A stretch of 64,000 nt of DNA from Chitinophagales bacterium. Lineage in GTDB: Bacteria; Bacteroidota; Bacteroidia; Chitinophagales; LD1. The stretch covers positions 105,311 through 169,310 of the forward strand of contig JAEUUZ010000004.1 in the NCBI GenBank assembly GCA_016786765.1, written 5' to 3'. The notes below the pieces were generated by a model, which saw nothing but the letters and a program-made list of their open reading frames with translations, had not been told where the DNA came from and did not search any database. A program made the position numbers and the translations under genes. This document shows positions 37,187 through 47,639 of this stretch, in pieces (position 1 is the first letter of the stretch; each line of letters begins with the position of its first letter).

Positions 37187-39025
37187 TTGATATCTTCCGT
37201 AAATAATCAATTCGGGTTGAAAAAGCTTTTCGCTTTTATGGTTTTTTGTTCGTTTTCTATTCAGCAAAGTTATGCTGATCCCATAAACTATGAAACAGAC
37301 TCGAGCAAAATAAAAGCAAAAGCTAGAGGCGAAAAATTCTCGAAAGGCTTTCAAAAAGGACTTTGGTTTCTCAATTACCTCAACTACTCTGATAGCAGAA
37401 AAAAAAGAAACGATTCTGTTTGCATCGATTACAACTGCTTTGAAGGCCGTATGATTCGAAAAATAGAGGCCAGAGTACTTAGTCCGTTTGGAACAGATGT
37501 AGATAACCCGGAAAAAAAGCCCACTACACCGGCACAAAAACTAGGGAATGGTATTCATTTCAAAACCCGGCAATGGGTAGTAAAAATGGACTTGCTAGTG
37601 CATGAAGGTGAGGTGTTAAATCCACAATTACTTTTCGATAGTGAACGTTTGTTATGGGAAGAAAGTAACTACAAAAACATTCGATTTATACTGACACCTA
37701 TTGGCGAAACAGAAGTGGATATTCTTGTATTGGTGCAAGATCGATGGGGTTTCAGTATTGAATCGTCCGTGGAATTTAATCGCCTAAAAGTTGGACTTCG
37801 CTTCAGTAATTTATTTGGTACTCCACAGGAATTAAGAACATATGTGGCGTTGAATTACAATGCCGGTAATCTGTATACCATTTTCGGCAGCTACCGCTAC
37901 CGTAACATTCTTAAATCGCGTGTAGACTTTTCGCTCGATTACACCTACGAAAAAAATACTCGTCAAATTCGTCCCACAGTCCGAAGAAACTACTTCTCAT
38001 CGGAAGCAAAATGGGCCGGCTTTGCTGATTTTAATGTGTCGGATTACAAATCCGGTTTACCCGATAAACAAAACAAACCCATTGGCAACATTACCTCACT
38101 TAACCACGATTATTGGATTTCATCATCGGTTCCGATTAAAACCAATAACCCGCGTTTGGCCGGATTACGATTGGTGTTGAGCGCTCGCGCCACCATTAAC
38201 AGTTTTGTAAAACGACCATTTATCCGTAACGAAAACTACACGGAAACATTTCTAAATGGATATAAATCGTTAGGGAGTATTGGCTTCTCTCAGTGGAGTT
38301 TTCAGCAAGAAAAAAACCTATACTATTTGGACAACAATGAATATATGCCTAAAGGCTTGAGTGTTGCATTGATTGCAGGCACTACCAGCGATGAAGATTT
38401 CGACCAACGGTTTTATTCCGGCATCTACTTCAACTATGGTTTACCCCTAAAAAAAGCAGGCTTTGTAAATTTTAATACAACGTATGGTGGTTATCTGCAT
38501 AATGATATTTACGATCAATTTTCGTGGCGAGTACGGGCACATTATTTCACTAATTCCTATAAAGTTGGTAAGGCGTTTTTCCGACAGTTTTTCAACTTCT
38601 CTTCAATCATGTCGTTCAACAGGCCCGCACAAAATTTTTTGGATTTGAATGGCCAAGTGATTGGACTTAGCACTACAAGATACAGAGGCAATCATTCCTT
38701 TTCGTTTAGAATTGAGGAAGATTTTTATGCCAACTTCAAAGTTTTGGGCTTTAGTTCTTGCGTGTACATATTTGCTAACATGGGTATTATCAGCAAAAAC
38801 GACATTCGGCCTTTTACAAAAGTAGAAACCGCGCAGATTGTGGGTTTTGGACTTCGCCTAAGAAATGTAAACGTAGGTATGGGTTTTATCGATTTATCGT
38901 TTGGCTACTACCCTTCTTTACCCAAAGAGTTAAAACAAACCTATTTCGGCACCAACTTTTTTAATCCAAATCAAGCCGGTGTAACCAACTTATTCAGTTC
39001 AAACTATTTGAATCTAGACCTCTAA
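37187..39025 (+). CDS. Omp85/BamA-TamA-like outer-membrane protein with a POTRA-like N-domain
   Basis: EGRMIRKI, HFKTRQWVV..LL..EG, DSERLL, VQDRWG, NLFG, VGFGLRLRN; start uncertain. Confidence 0.7.
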   Translation: MISSVNNQFGLKKLFAFMVFCSFSIQQSYADPINYETDSSKIKAKARGEKFSKGFQKGLWFLNYLNYSDSRKKRNDSVCIDYNCFEGRMIRKIEARVLSPFGTDVDNPEKKPTTPAQKLGNGIHFKTRQWVVKMDLLVHEGEVLNPQLLFDSERLLWEESNYKNIRFILTPIGETEVDILVLVQDRWGFSIESSVEFNRLKVGLRFSNLFGTPQELRTYVALNYNAGNLYTIFGSYRYRNILKSRVDFSLDYTYEKNTRQIRPTVRRNYFSSEAKWAGFADFNVSDYKSGLPDKQNKPIGNITSLNHDYWISSSVPIKTNNPRLAGLRLVLSARATINSFVKRPFIRNENYTETFLNGYKSLGSIGFSQWSFQQEKNLYYLDNNEYMPKGLSVALIAGTTSDEDFDQRFYSGIYFNYGLPLKKAGFVNFNTTYGGYLHNDIYDQFSWRVRAHYFTNSYKVGKAFFRQFFNFSSIMSFNRPAQNFLDLNGQVIGLSTTRYRGNHSFSFRIEEDFYANFKVLGFSSCVYIFANMGIISKNDIRPFTKVETAQIVGFGLRLRNVNVGMGFIDLSFGYYPSLPKELKQTYFGTNFFNPNQAGVTNLFSSNYLNLDL

Positions 39026-39027
39026 TT

Positions 39028-40845
39028 TTATTTCGCTTTTTTGGTCTCGGCTATCCATTTGTCGACCAACTCTTCCAAAACAAGTAACGGCACTGCACCG
39101 TTCATCAGCACAACATTATGAAACCTTCGGATATCAAACTTATCGCCTAACTCTTTTTTCGCTTTTTCGCGCAGTTCCAATATTTTCAACATACCCACTT
39201 TGTAGCCGGTAGCCTGGCCGGGCCACAAGAAATAACGTTCTATTTCTTTTTGAATATCGCCAGGTGCATTAGCAGTATTCTGCAAGAAATAATCGATGGC
39301 TTGTTGACGTGTCCATTTTTTGGAATGAATTCCCACATCCACCACCAAACGTGCTGCACGGAAAATCTCCATACTTAATCTTCCAAAATCAGAATACGGA
39401 TCTTGATACAACCCTACTTCTTTTGGAATCAATTCTGAGTACAATGCCCACCCTTCAATATAAGCTGTATTGCCGTCATATCGTCTGAATTTAGGAATTG
39501 CCTTCAGTTCTTGCGCCAACGCAATTTGCATGTGATGCCCCGGAATGCCTTCGTGATAACACAAAGCTTCCATTTGATAACGTGGCTCATCATTCATGTT
39601 ATATAAGTTCACATAAAACCGTCCCGGACGAGATCCATCCTCTGCCGGATTTTCGTAAAAAGCTCCACCGGCCGATTTTTCACGGAATTTTTCTACAGCC
39701 ATTACCACAATAGGCGCATGTGGTTCGTTATCAAAAAGTTTATCGAGATAGTTCTTCTTGAAAGAATGAATGTAACTGTTCGACTCGGCCAAAATTTCTT
39801 CTCGCCCTTTCGCATCGTTGCTGTACTTGAATTGCGGATCGGTGCGCACAAATTCAAAAAATGCTTGTAGCGAATCCGACTTGAAATTCACCTTCTTCAT
39901 AATCTGGCGCATTTCATTCTGAATACGCGCTACTTCTTTTACACCGGTAGCATAAATTTCATCTGCCTTTTTATCGGTTGTGGTTGTACGTTTCAAACAA
40001 TAATTGTAATAATCAGCCCCATCGGGTAAACTCCATACACCATTATCGGCTGTTTGCTTTTTCTCCAATGCAGTCCAATACGCTAATAAATCTTCATAGG
40101 CTTTTTTGACTGACGTAGACAGTATCTGTTGCGCTTCAGCTTTCATTTTTGCCTGCTCCTCTTTTGGAATAAAATCTGTATTTATTTTTGCTGAAAAATC
40201 GGTTAATAAAATATTGGCATCATCGGTTTTACTTAAGCCGGCAATAAAGGATTTTAAATCGTCTGATACATACGGGAAGGTAAATTTAGGCGGCAAAACG
40301 CCAATGGCTTCACGCGATTTCAACTGCGCAATTACCTGTGCAAAAACGCGTTCAATTTTCGACAAACGACTTAAATACGCTTTAGCATCCGATACGCTAT
40401 CGATACGATGAATATTAATTAAAAAAGAAGGAATGTCGTTATGCTCTCCGCCCATTTGTGTAATGGAATAATAATGCTTGCGCCACATCGAGTCTTCTTT
40501 CGAAAGTTTCACCGACTCTTCAAACAAACGAATACTCAACTTCGTTTGCTCGTCCAACCCTTGTATATCGAATTGCTTTAGCGAATCTAAAGTAGCACGC
40601 GAAAAAGCCAACTCGGCAAAATAAGCCGAATCGGTACGCTCCGACCAACTGTCGTAACCTGTCTTTAACCCTAAATTAGCTGCAAACTCAGGATTTCGAG
40701 CCACGCTTTCGTCAAAACGCTTGTCTAAAAATGCATTCACTTTTTGTGAGTTTGCTGTAATTTCATCAGCAGAATAATGTTTTGCAAATCTGTCGCACGA
40801 CACCATTACACCTCCGCAAACCAAAGCCATTATGAATATACGCAT
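39028..40845 (-). CDS. DUF885 family lipoprotein (putative metallopeptidase)
   Basis: Lipobox MVSC, HEGIPGHH, YIEGWALYSE, RAARLVVD, PGQATGY. Confidence 0.9.
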   Translation of the reverse strand: MRIFIMALVCGGVMVSCDRFAKHYSADEITANSQKVNAFLDKRFDESVARNPEFAANLGLKTGYDSWSERTDSAYFAELAFSRATLDSLKQFDIQGLDEQTKLSIRLFEESVKLSKEDSMWRKHYYSITQMGGEHNDIPSFLINIHRIDSVSDAKAYLSRLSKIERVFAQVIAQLKSREAIGVLPPKFTFPYVSDDLKSFIAGLSKTDDANILLTDFSAKINTDFIPKEEQAKMKAEAQQILSTSVKKAYEDLLAYWTALEKKQTADNGVWSLPDGADYYNYCLKRTTTTDKKADEIYATGVKEVARIQNEMRQIMKKVNFKSDSLQAFFEFVRTDPQFKYSNDAKGREEILAESNSYIHSFKKNYLDKLFDNEPHAPIVVMAVEKFREKSAGGAFYENPAEDGSRPGRFYVNLYNMNDEPRYQMEALCYHEGIPGHHMQIALAQELKAIPKFRRYDGNTAYIEGWALYSELIPKEVGLYQDPYSDFGRLSMEIFRAARLVVDVGIHSKKWTRQQAIDYFLQNTANAPGDIQKEIERYFLWPGQATGYKVGMLKILELREKAKKELGDKFDIRRFHNVVLMNGAVPLLVLEELVDKWIAETKKAK

Positions 40846-41013
40846 AAGCTAAATTTTCACGAATGTAAAGTCTTTTCACGCAAGAACGAAACCAAATTAA
40901 ATTATCTATCAACGCCCTTGTTTGACCTTTAAAATGCAAATTCCAAAATAGTGTGATCTCGTTTTATTTCTTAGTTTAACGCTAACTAAACCATCAACCA
41001 ACATCACATTAAC

Positions 41014-42414
41014 ATGGGTAAGAATTTACACATCCTTTTGCTTATTTGGATTGCACTCATAAGTACTTTTTCATTCGCCCAATCAGCATCAAAAATAAAA
41101 GATGCTTATGGCAGAACAGTAATACTCCATGGCTTGAATACCAGCAGCAGTGCGAAAGGTGAAGGAACAGAACATTCCGATCATCAACCTTGGATTAAAG
41201 CATCGGATGTAGAACGAGAGTATCATTCGTTTGGCTTCAATGCTGTTCGTTATCTGATTTTTTGGGGCGCCATTGAACCGGAAAAAGATAAATATGATGA
41301 AGCTTATTTAGCCAAAGTGAAAGAGCGAGTGGAGTGGTACACCAGTCGGAAAATGTATGTTATCTTCGACATGCATCAAGATGTGTACGGTTATGGTGTA
41401 GGCGGGAATGGTGCTCCGGTATGGGCTTCCAGTTATTCTAAAACAAAAAACTTAGTACCCGACAAATGGCCTTGGTGGATGCAAAACATGGAACCTACTG
41501 TAGTAAAATCGTATGTGCAATTTTTCAAATACAAAAAGAAAAAAGAACTGCAAGACCATTACATAAAGGCTTGGCTGAAAGTGGTCAATATGTTTAAAGA
41601 CAATCCATACGTGATTGGCTACGATTTAATGAACGAACCACACGGTGGCAAATTAGTCAAAACTTTAGCCGGTGGATTTGAACGTAAATGGTTGTCGGCT
41701 ATGTACAAACGATTAATTCCGGCCATTCGAAAGGAAGACACATCGCGCTATATCTTTTTTGAACCCAGGTCGTTTGGTGTAAACTTCGGCATGAAATCCC
41801 ATTTACCGATAGTGAAAGATACCATTGTCAACAAATTGGTTTATGCGCCACACTGTTATCTCACTTTTGTGGATGTAGGTGGCGACTATAAGAAGAAACA
41901 CGAAAACAATTTGAAAAAGTGGTTTAAATACCGAGAGCAAGAAACCGCTAAACATCAATCGGGCTTGTTGCTTGGAGAGTTTGGCTTATCTCCGGGCAAA
42001 AAAGATTTCGACAAATATTTGAATGCTATTTTTTCGCGGCTTGATGAAGCGCAAGGCTCATGGACCTATTGGTCGAGCGATTTAGGTGGTTGGGGGCCGC
42101 TCAATGGCGATCGTTCACCCTCTCCTATTCTTAACGAATTATTACGCATATACCCACAAGCAGTTGCCGGTGAATTGTTGAGCTACACCTATGAACCTTC
42201 AGCGCATAAGTTTACCATGCACATGATGAGCGATACCACTATTCATGCCCCTACAATTATTTCAATTCCTCTTCAAAAATACAGCGCTTTTCCTGTTGTA
42301 AAAATCACCAGCGAATCGCCTTTCGAGATGGATAAAGACAGTAAAAACAACACCCTTGTTTTAACGGTAAAAGAACATCGAAAATTAGTAGACATTGAAA
42401 TTGCCATACCCTAA
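41014..42414 (+). CDS. GH5 endoglycoceramidase-like glycoside hydrolase
   Basis: DAYGRTVILHGLN, DMHQDVY, acid/base MNEP, YAPHCY, nucleophile GEFG, C-terminal RIYPQAVAG beta-sandwich. Confidence 0.82.
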   Translation: MGKNLHILLLIWIALISTFSFAQSASKIKDAYGRTVILHGLNTSSSAKGEGTEHSDHQPWIKASDVEREYHSFGFNAVRYLIFWGAIEPEKDKYDEAYLAKVKERVEWYTSRKMYVIFDMHQDVYGYGVGGNGAPVWASSYSKTKNLVPDKWPWWMQNMEPTVVKSYVQFFKYKKKKELQDHYIKAWLKVVNMFKDNPYVIGYDLMNEPHGGKLVKTLAGGFERKWLSAMYKRLIPAIRKEDTSRYIFFEPRSFGVNFGMKSHLPIVKDTIVNKLVYAPHCYLTFVDVGGDYKKKHENNLKKWFKYREQETAKHQSGLLLGEFGLSPGKKDFDKYLNAIFSRLDEAQGSWTYWSSDLGGWGPLNGDRSPSPILNELLRIYPQAVAGELLSYTYEPSAHKFTMHMMSDTTIHAPTIISIPLQKYSAFPVVKITSESPFEMDKDSKNNTLVLTVKEHRKLVDIEIAIP

Positions 42415-42553
42415 AAAACAATGCAGTTAACAGGCCCTTAACTTCGCCCCACAAGGATTCCACTGTTTGAACGCTACTAAACCTTTCGGGGCAATATTCT
42501 GTTAATATTTAGGCTATTATTTCAGAACCATTTTTTTATATATATTCACGAAT

Positions 42554-45500
42554 ATGAAACAACTACTACTCACATTTCTAGCCTTATTGTCTGTGGCTAT
42601 TCAAGCACAGGAAATTTCCGGAGTATTGTTCGATAAAAGAACAGGTGAAACGCTGATTGCTGCATCGGTATCCATCAAAGGAACTACCACCGGAGTACAA
42701 ACCGATATAGATGGAAAATTCAGTTTTAAGGCTACCCAAAGTCCGCCTTACACCCTAGTTTTCTCGTACATTGGTTACGAACCTTTTGAAGTGAATATTA
42801 CGAGCATAGAACAAGCTAAAAAACCATTTGTGGTGCGTTTAAGTGAAAGCACAAAAATAATGAAGGATGTTGAAATTGTGGATTCCCGAATCACGGAAAA
42901 ACAAAAGGAAAATCCGCTGACCATCGAAAGTATGGGACTACAGCAAATCAAGCAAACCGCTTCTTCAACATTCTACGAAGGGTTGAGTACTTTGAAAGGT
43001 GTGGATATGACCACCGCTTCGTTAGGGTTTGTGGTGATCAACACCCGTGGTTTCAACAGCACATCGCCTGTACGTTCGTTACAATTGTTAGATGGTTGCG
43101 ATAATCAAGCTCCGGGTTTGAATTTTAGTGTGGGGAATTTTGCAGGCGCATCTGAAATCGACATCCAAAAGGTAGACTTGATTGTTGGAGCTAGTTCACC
43201 ATTATACGGACCGAATGCCTTTAACGGAGTTTTAGCAATGCAAACAAAAAGTCCGTTCTACTACCAAGGACTAACGGTTTTCTTGAAAGGTGCCGAACGC
43301 AATATGTTCGATGGTGCAATTCGTTGGGCAAAAGCATTTAAGAACAAAGCCGGTGAGGATAAATTTGCGTTCAAAATCGGGTTATCTTATTTAAGAGCTT
43401 ACGACTGGGAGGCGGATAATTACAGTAGATCTGCAGCCATTAACTCAGTTCAACCCGAGACAAATCCTGGAGGTTATGATGCAGTTAACCGATATGGTGA
43501 TGAGTTAAAAAATGCAGGTGAAAACAAATACAACACCGGAAGAAAAGATATTGCGACAAACTTAGGTTTAGGGCAGTTCCACAGAACAGGCTATCTGGAA
43601 AAAGACTTAGTGGATTACAACATCACGAACATTAAAGCAAACACTTCATTACATTATAAAATCACCAACAAAATTGAAGCGAAATTAGGCTATAATTTTG
43701 GCTATGGAACAACAGTATACCAAGGCGATAACCGTTATAGTTTAAGAGGGTTGCAAATTCACCAAGTGCGCTTAGAAGTTAGTCAGCCTGATAAATTTTA
43801 TGTACGTGCCTACATGACTGCTGAAGATGCGGGAACATCTTATGATGCAGTATTTACTGCACTAAGAATGCAAGAGTATGTAAAGTCTGATAATAAATGG
43901 CAACAGGACTATCAAAAATATTGGACCGATAATATTATGAATAAAGGCGGAGCACTTGGAGCAGGACCAATCTTCCAACTACCTGGAATGCCTCAGAGCG
44001 TTTACACAAATCCTTCAATATGGCTTAACCCAGACACGAATGTTTTTAATACAACATATGCTCAAGCATTAAGTGTACTGAATAGCAATCCGGATTCACT
44101 TAAAGCATGGCACAATCAAGCTAGAGCCTTTGCGGACAATGGTAGACTAATACCGGGTACGGCTGCATATGATTCAATTAAAAATATTATTACAAACAGA
44201 AATTTGAACCAAGGAGGCACACGCTTTTTCGACAAAAGTAAAATGATGCATGTGCAAGCGGAGTACAAATGGGACATCAAGAAAAAAGGACAAGAAAAAA
44301 ACTGGTTTGATTTGACTACCGGTGCAAGTTTCAGAATGTTTTTCCCGTATTCATTAGGTACTATTTTCCAAGATACCTTTACCCGCAGATATCAATTGGA
44401 TTCTTTAGGTAAACCTGTGCAAGACATTAACGGCAACAATATTGTGCTCGATAGTACTTATAACAAAATTAGAAATTGGGAAATTGGCGCCTATTTCAGC
44501 GCTACCCGCAAATTCAGTTTTGGCGAGGGACATTCAATTACTCCCACACTAACGGTGCGTTTCGACCGCAATCAAAACTTTGCTTGGAAGCGAAAAGACG
44601 GTACTTGGGATCCTATTATTACACCGGCATTTTCGTTGGTATATTCCTACAAAGGCAATCACTCTGTTCGTCTATCCTATTCGTCAGGAGTAAGAAATCC
44701 AACACTTCAAGATCAGTATTTATATTACAATGTTGGTCGAGCCATTTTGATTGGAAATTTGAATGGTGTTGATTCAGTGGTTTCCATTCCAGACCTCACT
44801 TCGTATATCGATAAAAACGGGAATCGCGCAGCTATCGACTCGTTGAAATTCTTTAATGTAGACGGAGTTCGTCCGGAGCGTGTACAAACCTTTGAAATTG
44901 GCTATCGCGGCTTGTTTGCCAAAAAAGTGTATATCGATGCTAGTGCCTATGTAAGCTTGTACAAAAATTTCTTAGGCTATAAACTCGGTGCAACATTTTC
45001 CGATAATAAAGTATTTGAAGAAGGCACTATTCGTCCATTTCAAGTATATCGTATAGCAGCTAATGCTAAAGACTTAGTAATGACATATGGTGCTTCTATA
45101 GGCGTAAGTTATTACTTCATTAAAAACTATGCTTTAACCGGAAACTACTCGTGGAATGTATTGAACAGAATGGGATCCAACGATTCTATTATTCCGGCAT
45201 TCAACACACCTGAGCATAAATTCAATGTGGGGATTAGCGGTTACGACATTAAAATCGGGAATCAAAAAGGCTTTGGCTTTAATATCAATTACAAATGGAT
45301 TCAAGGCTTTAAATTTGAAGGCTCGCCACAGTTTACAGGCGACATCCCAACCTATTCTTTGTTAGATGCGCAAATTAGTTGGGATGTACAAAAAATCTTC
45401 ACCACCTTTAAATTGGGCGGAAGCAACTTAATTTCTAAACGCAATTTTCAAGCCTATGGTGGACCGGGAATCGGACGTATGATTTACGGATCGGTGCTTT

Positions 45501-45565
45501 TAAATATCAGTTGCGATACCTTTAAAAGTTGGACAAAAAAAGGAAAAGATAAACCAACCGAATAG
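42554..45565 (+). CDS. TonB-dependent receptor with N-terminal carboxypeptidase-regulatory-like domain
   Basis: TGETLIAASV..TDIDGKF, plug INTRGF..DG.DN, GASSPLYGPNAFNG, C-terminal barrel strands. Confidence 0.92.
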   Translation: MKQLLLTFLALLSVAIQAQEISGVLFDKRTGETLIAASVSIKGTTTGVQTDIDGKFSFKATQSPPYTLVFSYIGYEPFEVNITSIEQAKKPFVVRLSESTKIMKDVEIVDSRITEKQKENPLTIESMGLQQIKQTASSTFYEGLSTLKGVDMTTASLGFVVINTRGFNSTSPVRSLQLLDGCDNQAPGLNFSVGNFAGASEIDIQKVDLIVGASSPLYGPNAFNGVLAMQTKSPFYYQGLTVFLKGAERNMFDGAIRWAKAFKNKAGEDKFAFKIGLSYLRAYDWEADNYSRSAAINSVQPETNPGGYDAVNRYGDELKNAGENKYNTGRKDIATNLGLGQFHRTGYLEKDLVDYNITNIKANTSLHYKITNKIEAKLGYNFGYGTTVYQGDNRYSLRGLQIHQVRLEVSQPDKFYVRAYMTAEDAGTSYDAVFTALRMQEYVKSDNKWQQDYQKYWTDNIMNKGGALGAGPIFQLPGMPQSVYTNPSIWLNPDTNVFNTTYAQALSVLNSNPDSLKAWHNQARAFADNGRLIPGTAAYDSIKNIITNRNLNQGGTRFFDKSKMMHVQAEYKWDIKKKGQEKNWFDLTTGASFRMFFPYSLGTIFQDTFTRRYQLDSLGKPVQDINGNNIVLDSTYNKIRNWEIGAYFSATRKFSFGEGHSITPTLTVRFDRNQNFAWKRKDGTWDPIITPAFSLVYSYKGNHSVRLSYSSGVRNPTLQDQYLYYNVGRAILIGNLNGVDSVVSIPDLTSYIDKNGNRAAIDSLKFFNVDGVRPERVQTFEIGYRGLFAKKVYIDASAYVSLYKNFLGYKLGATFSDNKVFEEGTIRPFQVYRIAANAKDLVMTYGASIGVSYYFIKNYALTGNYSWNVLNRMGSNDSIIPAFNTPEHKFNVGISGYDIKIGNQKGFGFNINYKWIQGFKFEGSPQFTGDIPTYSLLDAQISWDVQKIFTTFKLGGSNLISKRNFQAYGGPGIGRMIYGSVLLNISCDTFKSWTKKGKDKPTE

Positions 45566-45656
45566 TCTAAAAACGTAAAATGAAATGTTATAAATAGTGT
45601 GAAAGTTTTGTCGGCTTAGAATTCTATTGTAGATTTAAGAACCAAAACTAAACAAC

Positions 45657-47105
45657 ATGAATAAAAACTTTCTACTCGTTATTCTAATGATAGCTTGTAC
45701 GTCTACCCTCTTCGGGCAGCGCTATCTTACACCGCAATTCAGCACGGTAAAAGTAACTAAAAACGTAAAATACGGAGCTAACTTAGGTTACAACTCATCC
45801 TTTCTTTCATCCGAAGATTTATTAATGGATGTTTACGAACCGGATGGCGACACCGCAACAAATCGTCCGGTTATTATCCTCGGCCATGCAGGTTCTTATT
45901 TATCACTTTATGCATGGGGAAACAAAGATCAATATAGTGTTGTAGAATTATGCAACCGCTTTGCAAAACTAGGCTATGTAGCCGTTTCAATCGATTACCG
46001 ATTAGGTTGGTCTGCCGGTTCAACAGATGCCGAAACCCGCGAAAAAACGATTATCAATGCGGTATATCGCGCTATGCAAGATTTCAAAACATGTATTCGT
46101 TACTTTAGAAAGGATGCAAGTACAACCAACACATGGAAAACAAATCCTTGTAAAATCTTTGTTGGAGGTACCAACTCTGGTGGTTACTCGGCTTTGGCTG
46201 TAGCCAACTTAAATAAAACTTCTGAGTTGTATGGAGTTAAGTTCCTTGATTCAAACGGAGATCCGTATATCGACCAAACTAAAACAGGTGATTTCAACGG
46301 TTTTGGCGGCACACAAAATGTATATAATCATCCGGGCTATAGCTCTGAAGCAAGTGCAGTTTTAGCACTTGGAGCTGCAACCGGAGATTCTACTTGGGTT
46401 GAAGCTGGAGAAATTCCGGTAGTAGCCTTATCGGGAGTAGAGGAAACTACAACACCTTATAACACTGCCATTGTAATTACAGGTAGCGGAACAGCTATTA
46501 TTGTTGTGAGCGGTGCAGGTGATTTTATGCCACGCACCGAGCGTTTAGGCAATAACGATGTGTTTAAAGCAGCATCTTTACCACAAGGCCCGCCAAACAA
46601 AAATGGAGCCGGAGCAGTAACACAATCCATAGAAGGGTTGTATCCATTATACGGAGCTAAATTTGAACCATGGAGTTGGTATGATGGCGCTCAACCTATT
46701 GGCGATCCGAGTTTGAACGTTGGAGCATCGCAAATAAAAGGTTTATTGTATATCGATACTATTATGAGTTACACCGCGCCTCGTTTCTTCGAAATTATCA
46801 AAAACACTACTGCTTGTCAGATTACAGCAGGTATTGACGATAACCAATCGGAAACAAAAGTAGGCTTTACCACTGTTCCGAATCCATCGAGCAGCACTAT
46901 TACTATCTTTAGTTCTTCTGTAGCAACAGCCATTACTTCTGCAACATTAATCGATTTTAATGGCAGAATTGTGCGTTCTATTGAAAACAATAAAAGCCAT
47001 TATGCTGTGTTACCGGTAGAAGATTTGGCGAATGGAATGTATGCTGTAGAAATTAAAACGGCTGATGGCATTCAATCTGTGAAAAAAGTGATAGTACAAC
47101 ATTAA
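45657..47105 (+). CDS. T9SS-secreted alpha/beta-hydrolase-fold protein, probably catalytically inactive
   Basis: LMDVYEP, VSIDYRLG, HSL-like elbow but GGTNSGG, CTD VPNPSS...NGMYAVEI...KKVIVQH. Confidence 0.82.
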   Translation: MNKNFLLVILMIACTSTLFGQRYLTPQFSTVKVTKNVKYGANLGYNSSFLSSEDLLMDVYEPDGDTATNRPVIILGHAGSYLSLYAWGNKDQYSVVELCNRFAKLGYVAVSIDYRLGWSAGSTDAETREKTIINAVYRAMQDFKTCIRYFRKDASTTNTWKTNPCKIFVGGTNSGGYSALAVANLNKTSELYGVKFLDSNGDPYIDQTKTGDFNGFGGTQNVYNHPGYSSEASAVLALGAATGDSTWVEAGEIPVVALSGVEETTTPYNTAIVITGSGTAIIVVSGAGDFMPRTERLGNNDVFKAASLPQGPPNKNGAGAVTQSIEGLYPLYGAKFEPWSWYDGAQPIGDPSLNVGASQIKGLLYIDTIMSYTAPRFFEIIKNTTACQITAGIDDNQSETKVGFTTVPNPSSSTITIFSSSVATAITSATLIDFNGRIVRSIENNKSHYAVLPVEDLANGMYAVEIKTADGIQSVKKVIVQH

Positions 47106-47121
47106 AAAACATCTAACTAAT

Positions 47122-47155
47122 TAAAAAAAGGAGAGCAATTGCTCTCCTTTTTTTA
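47122..47155. terminator. Bidirectional terminator (perfect 34-bp palindrome)
   Basis: TAAAAAAAGGAGAGCAATTGCTCTCCTTTTTTTA. Confidence 0.85.
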
Positions 47156-47586
47156 TGTCTAAAGCACAAGAATACCTAGTACAGTTAATTTAAAGCCGTA
47201 TGCGGAATAGTATCGGTAAATAGTTCTTATGGGTATTTGAAATGCACATTAAACCCTCTTGCAATATAAGGGGATACTATGTTACAGAAATACGCTATAG
47301 CTATGATGGAAATAAATATTGCATACGCGTTGTTAAACATGACGATGCAGTTAGCGTTTAGTATGTTTCCTCGAAGGAGAAAATTGCTTCAGAAAACGTA
47401 TGCTTAATATGCATTTGTCCCTCGTTTAAGCTTCCGTTATACAGCCAAATTTATCGCTTTAAGGCTTTCAGTACTGCGTAAACTTCCCCCATCAAACACA
47501 ACTGCTATGTTTTGCGCTGGCATTCGCAACTGCTAACATATAAGAATAGCTTTTAAATCAGGCCTAAATTCCATCGTGATGGGCAT

Positions 47587-47620
47587 AAAAAAACGGTTGC
47601 CTCTTTCGAAGCAACCGTTT
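47587..47620 (-). terminator. Terminator after the DUF4397 gene
   Basis: AAACGGTTGC-N10-GCAACCGTTT with a U-tract on the minus strand. Confidence 0.8.
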
Positions 47621-47639
47621 AAATTAAATGTTATTTCTA

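Noticed and set aside
37058-37200. tRNA-Leu (and tRNA-Trp) as a possible island integration site
   Set aside because: No integrase, no duplicated tRNA 3' end seen, and ordinary flanking genes
41014-45565. Classical SusC/SusD polysaccharide utilisation locus
   Set aside because: No SusD or HTCS/ECF regulator, and the receptor lacks SusC signature motifs
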